Part shown: piece by piece, positions 9,899-20,976 of the stretch
How positions within the stretch are numbered: position 1 is the stretch's first letter
Layout of the letters: each line of letters opens with the position of its first letter
DNA from: Afipia sp.
GTDB lineage: Bacteria; Pseudomonadota; Alphaproteobacteria; Rhizobiales; Xanthobacteraceae
Direction: 5' to 3'
Assembly: GCA_050249215.1 (NCBI GenBank)
Contig: JBFWQX010000009.1
Coordinates: forward strand, 36,368-100,367
Length of the DNA: 64,000 nt
The notes under the pieces: model-generated
The model's database searches: none
Told to the model about the DNA's origin: nothing
What the model saw: only the letters and a program-made list of their open reading frames with translations
Position numbers and translations under genes: made by a program

Positions 9899-9972
9899 TA
9901 GTGTCCGCTCGAATCCGAAGTTCGCTATGGAAAGTGCTGCAAAACAAGGCGAACTTCGGATTCGGGACACTA
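9899..9972. repeat. long imperfect palindrome, TAGTGTCC type
   Basis: The left arm tagtgtccgctcgaatccgaagttcgc (9899-9925) pairs with gcgaacttcggattcgggacacta (9949-9972). This gives 8 bp + 16 bp with a 3-nt bulge and a 23-nt loop. The basal motif is shared with 52035-52111. Confidence 0.8.
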
Positions 9973-10093
9973 ACAATATCGGGCCTTCCCATCGCGGCGC
10001 TTGACTTGGGACCGCTTCTTGACTTGAAAGGCGAGCCGAATTCCGTCCCGGAGGCCCTTCGCCTGACCGGACCAATCCCTATATATTCGCGAC

Positions 10094-11056
10094 ATGCCGG
10101 ACCCGATGCGCAGTTATCTCGACTTTGAAAAGCCTGTCGCCGAACTCGATTCGAAGATCGACGAACTGCGCGCACTTGCCGCAAGCGGCAGCGACATCGG
10201 CGAGGAAGTCTCGCGTATCGAGGAGAAGGCCGCACAGGCGCTCAAGGACCTCTATGCCGAACTGACGCCCTGGCAAAAGACGCAGGTCGCGCGGCATCCG
10301 ATGCGTCCGCACTGTGTGGACTACATCAAGGAACTCATCACCGAATTCACGCCGCTGGCCGGCGACCGCAAGTTCGGCGACGATGAAGCGCTGGTCGGCG
10401 GCTTCGGACGTTTTCGCGGCGAAAGCATCTGCGTGATCGGCCAGGAAAAGGGATCGACCACCGAGACCCGGCTCAAGCACAACTTCGGCATGGCCAAGCC
10501 GGAAGGCTATCGCAAGGCCGTTCGCCTGATGGAAATGGCGGATCGCTTCGGTATTCCGGTTCTCTCGCTGGTCGACACCGCCGGCGCCTATCCCGGCATC
10601 GGCGCGGAAGAACGCGGACAGGCGGAAGCCATCGCGCGCTCCACCGACGCCTGCCTTAATCTCGGTGTGCCCAATGTCGCCGTCGTCATCGGCGAGGGCG
10701 GGTCGGGCGGCGCGATCGCGATCGCCACCGCCAACCGCGTGCTGATGCTCGAACACGCCGTCTACAGCGTCATCTCGCCGGAAGGCGCGGCGTCGATCCT
10801 GTGGCGCGATTCGGCCAAGGCGCAGGAAGCGGCGATCAACATGAAGATCACCGCGCAGGATCTGCTCCGCTTCGGCGTGATCGACACCATCCTGAAAGAG
10901 CCGCCAGGCGGCGCGCATCGCGACCCCGCTGAAATGATCGCGCGGACAGGTGACGCCATCGCGCAATCCTTCAACGACCTGCGCAACCTGGATGCGGGCG
11001 CTGTGCGGAACCAGCGCCGGCAGAAGTTCCTCGATATCGGCCGCAAGCTCGGCTGA
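10094..11056 (+). CDS. accA: acetyl-CoA carboxylase carboxyltransferase subunit alpha
   Basis: 320-aa ORF: [18 protein letters not shown]...[16 protein letters not shown]...[22 protein letters not shown]. Confidence 0.95.
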   Translation: MPDPMRSYLDFEKPVAELDSKIDELRALAASGSDIGEEVSRIEEKAAQALKDLYAELTPWQKTQVARHPMRPHCVDYIKELITEFTPLAGDRKFGDDEALVGGFGRFRGESICVIGQEKGSTTETRLKHNFGMAKPEGYRKAVRLMEMADRFGIPVLSLVDTAGAYPGIGAEERGQAEAIARSTDACLNLGVPNVAVVIGEGGSGGAIAIATANRVLMLEHAVYSVISPEGAASILWRDSAKAQEAAINMKITAQDLLRFGVIDTILKEPPGGAHRDPAEMIARTGDAIAQSFNDLRNLDAGAVRNQRRQKFLDIGRKLG

Positions 11057-11442
11057 CAAAAGCCGCGCCGGATCGTGGCCTTTTTGGGGCAGGCCCTTTT
11101 CGGGATCAGCCGTTTTTCACCAGTGTTTTGATTTACTTAGCGTTGACCATAACGCGGGCAAAAACCGCGGGCCGCGGCCCGTTCAGCTTGCGACCGAGGG
11201 GGGTTTAAGGATAATAATTGCTCAATTGCCGACGCATGTTTTGAGCCAAAAAGCCAAGGGCGCTTTTACGACGAAAACACATGCGGCCTTTTGAGAAGGC
11301 GGCGTTTTCCGGCCCGCCCCTTGCGCGCCACTTTGTCGGAAGATGACTGCCGCTGGTCTTGGACCTGCTTGTCTTGGGTCTCGCCGGAAGTATGGGGATT
11401 ACCGGTTTGCCGCGAAGCCTTGGCATTGGACGCCTTGCAGTG

Positions 11443-12927
11443 ATGAAACGCCCGCCGGTTCGCGCGCTTGTCACCGCGGCTGCGCTTGCGGCCGGCGTTC
11501 TGCTGGCCGGCTGCAACGGCGAACAACTGTCCCCCAGTTCAAAAGCCAATCGCCCGATCCCCGACAAGCTGCTCGCCGAGATCGAAGCGAAGAATATGGA
11601 CAAGGGCTCGCCGATGCTGGTGCGCCTGTTCAAGCAGGAAGCCGAACTCGAAGTCTGGAAGCAAGATCGCAACGGCAAGTACGCGCTGCTGAAGACTTAT
11701 CCGATCTGCCGCTGGTCGGGCGACCTCGGCCCGAAGGTCAAGGAAGGCGACCGGCAGGCGCCGGAAGGCTTCTACTCGATCACCCCGGCCCAGATGAATC
11801 CGAACTCGGGTTACTATCTGTCGTTCAACATGGGCTATCCCAACGCCTATGACCGCGCCTGGGGCCGCACCGGATCGCAACTGATGGTGCATGGCGACTG
11901 CTCGTCGCGCGGCTGCTACGCCATGACCGACGAACAGATTTCGGAGATATACGCGCTCGGTCGCGAATCCTTCTTCGGCGGCCAGAATGCGTTTCAGGTG
12001 CAGGCCTATCCGTTCCGCATGACGGCGCAGAACATGGCCCGCCATCGCAACAATCCGAACATGCCTTTCTGGAAGATGATCAAGGAAGGCAACGACCACT
12101 TCGAGGTCACCAGGCAGGAGCCGAAGGTCGACTTCTGCGAAAAGAAGTATGTCTTCGACGCCGAGAAGCCCGCAGGCTCGACCCGTCCGCTGGCCTTCAA
12201 TGCCGCCGCGCAGTGCCCGGCCTATCAGGTCTCGCCTGAAATCGCCGAAGCCGTTCAGGACAAGCAGCGCCAGGATGAACTGAAGACCGCGCAACTGATT
12301 TCGCGCGGCACCTCCACCGCACGCTCCCGCGCCGGCATCGACGGCGGCATGCATCCGATTTTCGCGTCCAAGCTGCCGGAAGGCGAAGCGGCGATCGACC
12401 GCGACGTCACCGACTATGCGATCGCCTCCAACGGCCCCGCCCCCGGCACCGTTCCCGCCCATGCGACGATCCCGCGGGCGCCCGAAGGCACGCCGTCGTC
12501 GTTCAGCTTCACATCGCCCGGCTCGAACAGCGAACCGATGGTCGCCGTCACCAGCACGACGATGACCCCAAGTACCGCCTCGGCGAATGCCAGCGCCAAC
12601 TCGTCGGAAGGGTTCTTCAGCAAGCTGTCGCGCAGCGTCGGTCTGCGCGGTTCGGAACCCGCGCCTGCCCCGGCGCCCGCGCCGGCCACCACCGCGACGA
12701 AAGCGAAGGCAAAGTCGCCCGCACCGAGCAAGACAGCCAGGAGCGCGCCGCCACGCGTCATCCCGCTCGATCGCCAGCAGGCGCAGGCTCAACCGCAGCA
12801 GGCCAAACCTGCCGCTCCGGCGCCCGCAGCCGCAGCCGCTGCTCCGACAGCGCAGCCGTCACTGGCAGGCGCCCAGCCGGCGGTGCAGGCCAACTCCTTC
12901 GACAGCCGCTGGTCGACGGTCCGCTAG
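11443..12927 (+). CDS. L,D-transpeptidase family lipoprotein (YafK-like) with long Ala/Pro-rich tail
   Basis: ATG 11443 gives MKRPPVRALVTAAALAAGVLLAGC, a lipobox. The catalytic region is GDRQAPEGFYSITPAQMNPNSGYYLSFNMGYPNAYD...LMVHGDCSSRGCYAM. The C-terminal ~170 aa are low-complexity A/P/S/T-rich. Confidence 0.8.
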   Translation: MKRPPVRALVTAAALAAGVLLAGCNGEQLSPSSKANRPIPDKLLAEIEAKNMDKGSPMLVRLFKQEAELEVWKQDRNGKYALLKTYPICRWSGDLGPKVKEGDRQAPEGFYSITPAQMNPNSGYYLSFNMGYPNAYDRAWGRTGSQLMVHGDCSSRGCYAMTDEQISEIYALGRESFFGGQNAFQVQAYPFRMTAQNMARHRNNPNMPFWKMIKEGNDHFEVTRQEPKVDFCEKKYVFDAEKPAGSTRPLAFNAAAQCPAYQVSPEIAEAVQDKQRQDELKTAQLISRGTSTARSRAGIDGGMHPIFASKLPEGEAAIDRDVTDYAIASNGPAPGTVPAHATIPRAPEGTPSSFSFTSPGSNSEPMVAVTSTTMTPSTASANASANSSEGFFSKLSRSVGLRGSEPAPAPAPAPATTATKAKAKSPAPSKTARSAPPRVIPLDRQQAQAQPQQAKPAAPAPAAAAAAPTAQPSLAGAQPAVQANSFDSRWSTVR

Positions 12928-12985
12928 CTCCGCATCAACTGCGTTTGATCCAACCTATTTTTGTTGGTGTGTCTGGGACAAATGC

Positions 12986-13100
12986 CAATGTGCTCCCTCT
13001 CCCGTGGGGAGAGGGTTGGGGTGAGGGCGTAGAATCTATCGTGAAAGCGTACCCCCTCACCCGCCGTGCTTCGCGCGTCGACCTCTCCCGTGGGGGAGGT
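12986..13100. repeat. REP-like element, CAATGTGCTCCCTCTCCC...GGGAGAGG type with GGGGTGAGGG/CCCTCACCC arms
   Basis: caatgtgctccctctcccgtggggagagggttggggtgagggc...accccctcacccgcc...cctctcccgtgggggagg. The head motif recurs at 35172-35200. Confidence 0.7.
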
Positions 13101-13132
13101 GAAGAGAAAACTGCGTCCAAAGCATCAAAAGC

Positions 13133-13165
13133 AAAAACGCCGGTCATCTGACCGGCGTTTTGTTG
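13133..13165. terminator. bidirectional intrinsic terminator (secA 3' end and ldt side)
   Basis: The stem acgccggtc (13137-13145) / gaccggcgt (13150-13158) has loop atct. It is followed by TTTTGTTG on + and by TTTTTGCTTTT on the minus strand, 30-60 nt past the secA stop. Confidence 0.7.
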
Positions 13166-13194
13166 AGAGAGCAGCGTCCGTTCAGACGTATGTG

Positions 13195-16023
<2,829 letters not shown>

Positions 16024-16477
16024 GAAACATTCCTGTCTTGCAGTTTGGCATTGCAGCCGCGATCCCAGCAGCCCAATCGTCCTGACTAAAGTTCGCAGTG
16101 TGGGCCCGATTGAGGCCCGTGTGAGGCATATCTTTCAGAATTACGTTCAGGGACAGACCCTTGGCGCAGTCCTTGAGAATTGGCGCTCAAGAAGATGAGT
16201 GCGGGAAACGACGTCCGAGGTTCACCCGCTCGGCCACGGCAAATCCGCGGCGGCCGGGCGAGCCTTGCGGGCAGAGATATGGGCCGTCCAAAGCCTTGTC
16301 AACGCGCGAACCTGTCAAGGATTTCATGATTTTGGCGGCTTTTTCACGTTGCTTCCGGACAGAGGTTGGGCGAGTGTCCGGCCTCCCGAACCGCCCGGTG
16401 CTCCGGTCTTCAAGGATTCGCGTCGTCATGACGCGGATGCCGGCTCGGTAACCAGCTTTGACCCATAAGGATTTTCC

Positions 16478-17395
16478 ATGACCGTCTCTGAGAACCGCTT
16501 GCCCCTCCCCCGCGGACTGGGCGCGCGGCTTGGACTGCTCACATCCGCTGCCGCCATTTGCCTCACGGTCGCACTTGGTGCCGGCCGCCCGGCCTACGCC
16601 CAGGACGCCAACCCGGTGATCGCAAAGGTAAACGGCGCTGAAATTCGCCAGAGCGACCTTGCGGTGGCCGAGGAGGAACTGGGTCCGAGCCTGCAGCAGA
16701 TGGACCCGGCCACCCGCCGCGAAAACCTGATCGCGTTCCTGATCGACATGAAGATCGTCGCCAAGGCCGCTGACGCCAAGAAGGTCGGCGACACGCCGGA
16801 CTTCAAGCAGAAGCTCGCCTTCGCGCGCGACCGCCTGCTGATGGACAGCCTGCTCGCCACCGAAGGCAAGGCCGCCGTCACCGACGAGGCCATGAAGAAG
16901 GTCTACGAGGAAGCCACCAAGCAGGTGGCGGGCGAGAAGGAAGTCCGCGCACGGCACATTCTCGTTCCGACCGAGGAAGAGGCCAAGGCGATCAAGGCGG
17001 ACCTCGACAAGGGTGCCGACTTCGCCAAGCTCGCCAAGGAAAAATCGAAGGATCCGGGCGCGGCCGATGGCGGCGATCTCGGCTTCTTCACCAAGGAGCA
17101 GATGGTGCCGGAATTCTCGGCCGTCGCCTTCGCGCTCGAGCCTGGCAAGATTTCCGACCCGGTGAAGTCGCAGTTCGGCTGGCATGTCATCAAGGTCGAG
17201 GAAAAGCGCGACCGCAAGCCGCCGAGCTTTGACCAGGTGAAGGGGCAGATCCAGGCTTTCGTGCTCCGCAAGGCGCAGGCCGATTACGTCACCAAGCTGC
17301 GCAGCGAGGCCAAGGTCGAGCGGCTCGACAAGCCGGCGGAGCCTGCCGCGAAGCCCGACGCGAAGGCTGCTCCGGCTGCGCCAGCGAAGAAGTAA
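16478..17395 (+). CDS. periplasmic parvulin-type peptidyl-prolyl isomerase (SurA/PpiC-like)
   Basis: 305-aa ORF with a signal peptide and a rotamase domain VRARHILVPTEEEAKAIKADLDKGADFAKLAKEKSKDPGAADGGDLGFFTKEQMVPEFSAVAFAL...FGWHVIKVEE. Confidence 0.85.
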   Translation: MTVSENRLPLPRGLGARLGLLTSAAAICLTVALGAGRPAYAQDANPVIAKVNGAEIRQSDLAVAEEELGPSLQQMDPATRRENLIAFLIDMKIVAKAADAKKVGDTPDFKQKLAFARDRLLMDSLLATEGKAAVTDEAMKKVYEEATKQVAGEKEVRARHILVPTEEEAKAIKADLDKGADFAKLAKEKSKDPGAADGGDLGFFTKEQMVPEFSAVAFALEPGKISDPVKSQFGWHVIKVEEKRDRKPPSFDQVKGQIQAFVLRKAQADYVTKLRSEAKVERLDKPAEPAAKPDAKAAPAAPAKK

Positions 17396-17425
17396 ATCGA
17401 CTTCGCAAGCAGAACTGATTAGTTT

Positions 17426-17524
17426 GACGTCATGCCCGGGCTTGTCCCGGGCATCCACGTCTTTGGGTCTTCATCATCGGCGAAGTAAGACGTGGATGGC
17501 CGGAATAAATCCGGCCATGACGAC
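17426..17524. repeat. pair of inverted REP-like palindromes (GACGTCATGCCCGGGC...GCCCGGGCATCCACGTC type)
   Basis: The two units are gacgtcatgcccgggcttgtcccgggcatccacgtc (17426-17461) and gacgtggatggccggaataaatccggccatgacgac (17489-17524). The same family occurs at 24453-24488. Confidence 0.8.
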
Positions 17525-17554
17525 AGAAATTTCTCGCTGATACAGGACCGCCTT

Positions 17555-18796
17555 ATGTCATCGACCGTCTCCCCGCTCGCCCCGACCAGCGTCCCCGAAC
17601 TGCCGCCGATCGCAGGCGTGCGCCTTGCGACGGCGGCGGCGGGGATCCGCTACAAGAATCGCACCGACGTTCTGCTGGCGCTGTTCGACAAGGGCACGAC
17701 CGTTGCGGGCGTTTTCACCAGATCGAAGTGCCCGAGCGCGGCGGTCGACTGGTGCCGCGACAGGCTCAAGGGCGGGGAAGCGCGCGCACTGGTGGTCAAT
17801 TCAGGCAACGCCAACGCCTTCACCGGCAAGACCGGCAAGCAGGCCACCACGCTCACCGCCGCCATCGCGGCAAAGGCGGCCGGGACAACTCCGGCCCGAA
17901 TCTTTCTCGCCTCCACCGGCGTGATCGGCGAACCGCTCGATGCGACGAAATTCAACGGCGTGCTCGATGACCTCGCGCGGAAGGCCGCTCCCGGCGGCTG
18001 GAACGAAGCCGCGCGCGCGATCATGACCACCGACACCTTTCCGAAGGTCGCGACCGCGACAGTGAAAATCGGCAAGGCGAAGGTCACCATCAACGGCATG
18101 GCCAAGGGCGCGGGCATGATCGCGCCCGACATGGCGACGATGTTGTCCTTCATCTTCACCGATGCGCCGATTTCGGCCTCCGCCTTGCAGTCGCTGCTCA
18201 AGACCGGCGTCGGCGACACCTTCAATGCCGTGACCATCGACGGTGACACATCGACCTCGGACACGCTGCTCGCCTTCGCCACCGGTGCGGCTGCGGCAAA
18301 CGGCGCGCCGAAAATCACCCGCGCCTCCGACCCGCGGCTGAAGGCTTTCACGAAAGCGTTTCACGCCATTCTGGCCAATCTCGCCGAGCAGGTCGCGCGC
18401 GACGGCGAAGGCGCGCGCAAGCTGGTGGAGGTTGTGGTCGAAGGCGCAACGTCGAAGACGTCCGCCCGAAAGATCGCGATGTCGATCGCCAACTCGCCAC
18501 TGGTGAAGACCGCGATCGCTGGCGAGGACGCCAACTGGGGCCGCGTGGTGATGGCGGTCGGCAAGGCGGGTGAACCTGCCAACCGCGACAAGCTGTCGAT
18601 TGCGTTCAACGGCATCCGCGTCGCCAGCAAGGGCGCACGCGATCCGTCCTATGACGAGAAGGAAGTGTCCGCGCTGATGAAGCAGGACAAAATCCAGATC
18701 AAGGTCGGGCTCGGCCTCGGCAAGGGCCGCGACCGCGTACTGACCTGCGACCTCACCAAGGAATATGTCGCCATCAACGGCGACTACCGCTCGTGA
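17555..18796 (+). CDS. argJ: bifunctional ornithine acetyltransferase / N-acetylglutamate synthase
   Basis: Start placed at ATG 17555 ([41 protein letters not shown]). Contains MITTDTFPK and the autoprocessing-site region [11 protein letters not shown]. The track's upstream extension ([11 protein letters not shown]) is a translated REP element. Confidence 0.93.
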   Translation: MSSTVSPLAPTSVPELPPIAGVRLATAAAGIRYKNRTDVLLALFDKGTTVAGVFTRSKCPSAAVDWCRDRLKGGEARALVVNSGNANAFTGKTGKQATTLTAAIAAKAAGTTPARIFLASTGVIGEPLDATKFNGVLDDLARKAAPGGWNEAARAIMTTDTFPKVATATVKIGKAKVTINGMAKGAGMIAPDMATMLSFIFTDAPISASALQSLLKTGVGDTFNAVTIDGDTSTSDTLLAFATGAAAANGAPKITRASDPRLKAFTKAFHAILANLAEQVARDGEGARKLVEVVVEGATSKTSARKIAMSIANSPLVKTAIAGEDANWGRVVMAVGKAGEPANRDKLSIAFNGIRVASKGARDPSYDEKEVSALMKQDKIQIKVGLGLGKGRDRVLTCDLTKEYVAINGDYRS

Positions 18797-19197
18797 TCAA
18801 GCTCACTCTCGTTGTCGCCTGCGCGCTGATCGACGCGGACAACCGCGTCCTGATCGCGCAGCGCCCCGAAGGCAAGACGCTCGCGGGCCTGTGGGAATTT
18901 CCCGGCGGCAAGCTCGAGCCCGGCGAGCGGCCGGAGCCCGCGCTGATCCGCGAGCTTGCCGAAGAACTCGGCATCAAGGTGGAAGAGCCGTGCCTCGCGC
19001 CACTGACCTTCGCAAGTCACGGCTATGAGACCTTTCATCTTCTGATGCCGCTCTACATCTGCCGCAAGTGGGAAGGCACGGTGACGGCACGCGAGGGGCA
19101 GCAGCTCGCATGGGTGCGCGCCAACAAGCTGCGCGACTACCCGATGCCGCCTGCGGACATTCCGCTGATCGCGCATCTGACGGACTTGCTGCTTTAG
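18793..19197 (+). CDS. mutT: Nudix hydrolase, 8-oxo-dGTP diphosphatase (MutT-like)
   Basis: 134-aa ORF with a GTG start overlapping the argJ stop. Nudix box [30 protein letters not shown]. Confidence 0.85.
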   Translation: MIKLTLVVACALIDADNRVLIAQRPEGKTLAGLWEFPGGKLEPGERPEPALIRELAEELGIKVEEPCLAPLTFASHGYETFHLLMPLYICRKWEGTVTAREGQQLAWVRANKLRDYPMPPADIPLIAHLTDLLL

Positions 19198-19260
19198 ATT
19201 TTAGCAGCCGGTCGTAACCCGGAGGATGACGCGACACACGCGATGTCGCCCCCAACGGAT

Positions 19261-19535
19261 CGGCGCCGTAAGCGCGTTTACGCGCGTCTTTGACGCGCTA
19301 TGGCGCCGTCCGATGACAGGCTCCGGTCGGGCCCCATAAACACCGGACGATCTCCCCGTCCGTCATTCCGGGGCGCGCAAAGCGCGAACCCGGAATCCAT
19401 TTCTCCAACATTCCGATGGATTCCGGGTTCGCTCGCAAGTGTGCGAGCGCCCCGGAATGACGGGTGATGTATCGTGCCTCAACACGCTTGTCCGTCATCC
19501 TGAGGTGCGAGCATTCGCGAGCCTCAAAGGATGAC
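19261..19535. repeat. cluster of REP-like palindromes of three families
   Basis: Unit 1 is ggcgccgtaagcgcg...gcgctatggcgcc (19261-19308). Unit 2 is an inverted pair cgtcattccggggcgcgc...gcgaacccggaatcc / ggattccgggttcgc...cgccccggaatgacg (19361-19463). Unit 3 is gtcatcctgaggtgcgagc..gcgagcctcaaaggatgac (19494-19535). Confidence 0.8.
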
Positions 19536-19542
19536 CAGACCC

Positions 19543-19570
19543 TTGACATTTCCCAATCTAGGAATATAAT
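19543..19570 (+). promoter_or_regulatory. near-consensus sigma70 promoter of RNA element copy A
   Basis: TTGACA (19543-19548), a 16-nt spacer, then TATAAT (19565-19570). Similarity to copy B begins exactly at the -35 hexamer. Confidence 0.65.
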
Positions 19571-19574
19571 CCGC

Positions 19575-19992
19575 ATCATCCTGTTCGTGAGGGGCGCTTC
19601 TCGAGGGCGCTTTGAAGCGGAACAGGATGCGGCGCCTGCGCGCACGGTTCGCACCCGTTGCGTCCGGGAGGCTGGGGCCAGCGTCCGGGCCAACTACGTG
19701 GCTCTGCCGTTCGCGGCTGCACGAGATGGAGATGAAGGCAGGGAAATCTGCCGGATCAGGGTTCGCCCGTCCCATCCGGAAGCACGCTCCCCTCACCTAA
19801 AATCGCCGCAATGGAGCGCCGTAAGGCGACGCGCTTTCGGAGTCACATCGCCTCGCACGCGATGCCGGAAGCGAAACAACATATTTGCGCCTCGCGGCGC
19901 TCCATGCCCCTCATTGTTCAAGGGGCGCAACGACAACTCACCTCGCGCGATGCGTGGGAACAAGTGCGCGTGGCTGTTTGAAAATTGAATCG
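19575..19992 (+). ncRNA. candidate structured non-coding RNA, copy A (family unassigned)
   Basis: Duplicated at 63285-63745 on the minus strand. No conserved ORF. Multiple hairpins are supported by compensatory differences between the copies (details in findings). The 5' end is inferred from the promoter. The 3' end is taken as the end of inter-copy similarity (GCTGTTTGAAAATTGAATCG). Confidence 0.55.
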
Positions 19993-20019
19993 AAAGCGCA
20001 CCTCATCGCCTGCAGGCGA

Positions 20020-20877
20020 TCACGGTTTTGTCTCGCCGGCCTTCTTCACCGCATCCGCCAGCGACATTTTTGCCGAGCCCCGCTTCAGCGGCTTCTGCTG
20101 GCTCTCATGCGGCGCCCAGCCCGACATCCAGACAATGTCGAAGGTGGCGCGGATGCGTCCGTCCGGATCGGAGAAACGCTCCGCATAAATCTGCGCCATC
20201 TTCAGGAACGTCGCGCGGCGTGACGGCGTGCGGCGGCGCTCGTTCAGAATGTTGGTCGCGCCCATCCGCCGCAAATCCTGCATCAACGCAAACGCGTTGT
20301 CGTAACGCACGACAATGCGGTCCACATCCGTCACCGGCAGCGCAAAGCCCGCCCGCTGCAACAGGGCTCCGAGATCGCGCAAATCCGCGAACGGGACGAC
20401 GCGCGGCGAGAGACCGCCTTCCACTTCGGCTTCCGCAGCCGCAAAGGATTGCCTTAACTCGGTGAGCGTATCGCCGCCGATCATCGCCGCGAGGAACAAA
20501 CCATCGGGTTTCAGCGCGCGGCGGATTTGCGCCAGCACCCCAGGCAAGTCGTTGACGAACTGCAGCGCAAGCGCGGAGACCACGAGATCGAAGGACGCCG
20601 GCGGCAGCGCCAATGGCTCGCTATCGGACACCGGCAACGCCGCCGCGCGCAACTGCTTGACTCGACGGGCCAGTAGGTTGCGCACCTGATCACCGGGCGT
20701 GCCGAGATCGGCACCATCGGAAAATTCACGCAGCACCGCCTGCTGCCGCTCCGCCATATCCTCCGCAACACGCTCAAGCAGGAATGACTCGGCGCCTTGA
20801 CGCGCAGCGCGGTTTTGCCGGTCGCGCAGCAAGGCACGATCAAACAGGCGCGGCAGATCGGTCGGGGATGAACTCAT
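20020..20877 (-). CDS. class I SAM-dependent methyltransferase (BioC/NDUFAF5-like)
   Basis: Start placed at ATG 20877 (MSSSPTDLPRLFDRALLRDRQNRAA). Contains FDLVVSALALQFVNDLPGVLAQIRRALKPDGLFLAAMIGGDTLTELR. Sits in the conserved position next to comF/grxC. Confidence 0.85.
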   Translation of the reverse strand: MSSSPTDLPRLFDRALLRDRQNRAARQGAESFLLERVAEDMAERQQAVLREFSDGADLGTPGDQVRNLLARRVKQLRAAALPVSDSEPLALPPASFDLVVSALALQFVNDLPGVLAQIRRALKPDGLFLAAMIGGDTLTELRQSFAAAEAEVEGGLSPRVVPFADLRDLGALLQRAGFALPVTDVDRIVVRYDNAFALMQDLRRMGATNILNERRRTPSRRATFLKMAQIYAERFSDPDGRIRATFDIVWMSGWAPHESQQKPLKRGSAKMSLADAVKKAGETKP

Positions 20878-20976
20878 GGGCGGTAGGTACGCCCTCGGAC
20901 GCCTATCTGGCAATTCCCTGTCGGCGCGCTTGTCTCCCACACGCACCGGAACTAGCCTCTGGATGCGGGGAAGATC

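Noticed and set aside
12400-12927. Ala/Pro/Ser/Thr-rich C-terminal third of the L,D-transpeptidase as a separate gene or a tandem-repeat element
   Set aside because: It is in frame and continuous with the catalytic domain. The repeats are only low-complexity (APAPAPA, AAAAAP), not defined DNA tandem units. It most likely encodes a disordered periplasmic linker or tail.
17492-17554. N-terminal extension of argJ ([21 protein letters not shown]); likewise 24361..24495 for the EamA transporter
   Set aside because: These codons are the translation of REP-like palindromes (gacgtggatggccgg...ccggccatgacgac). The conserved protein sequence starts at the internal ATG.
19261-19535. Repeat clusters here and at 17426-17524, 24369-24488, 50666-50763 and 63809-63975 as CRISPR arrays
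   Set aside because: The units are palindromes of several different families with irregular spacing. There are no unique spacers of constant length, and no cas genes are present.
19464-19988. 174-aa ORF (and 63289..63708, 139 aa) as a duplicated conserved hypothetical protein
   Set aside because: The translations agree in all three frames wherever the DNA agrees. A 1-nt indel desynchronises the frames while DNA similarity continues. The starts lie in unrelated REP sequence upstream of a consensus promoter. The differences between the copies are compensatory within stems rather than at third codon positions.
19575-19992. The RNA element as tmRNA, RNase P RNA, SRP RNA, 6S RNA, a riboswitch or a group II intron fragment
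   Set aside because: It has no ANDN..AA-type tag frame conserved between the copies and no T-arm/CCA end. It lacks the RNase P GAGGAAAGUCC and ACAGAAACCCGGCUUA blocks and the SRP domain IV motif. It has no downstream regulated gene, since it converges on 3' ends. It has no intron domain V or RT. Those RNAs are also normally single-copy. These were only eye comparisons, so a covariance-model search is still needed.
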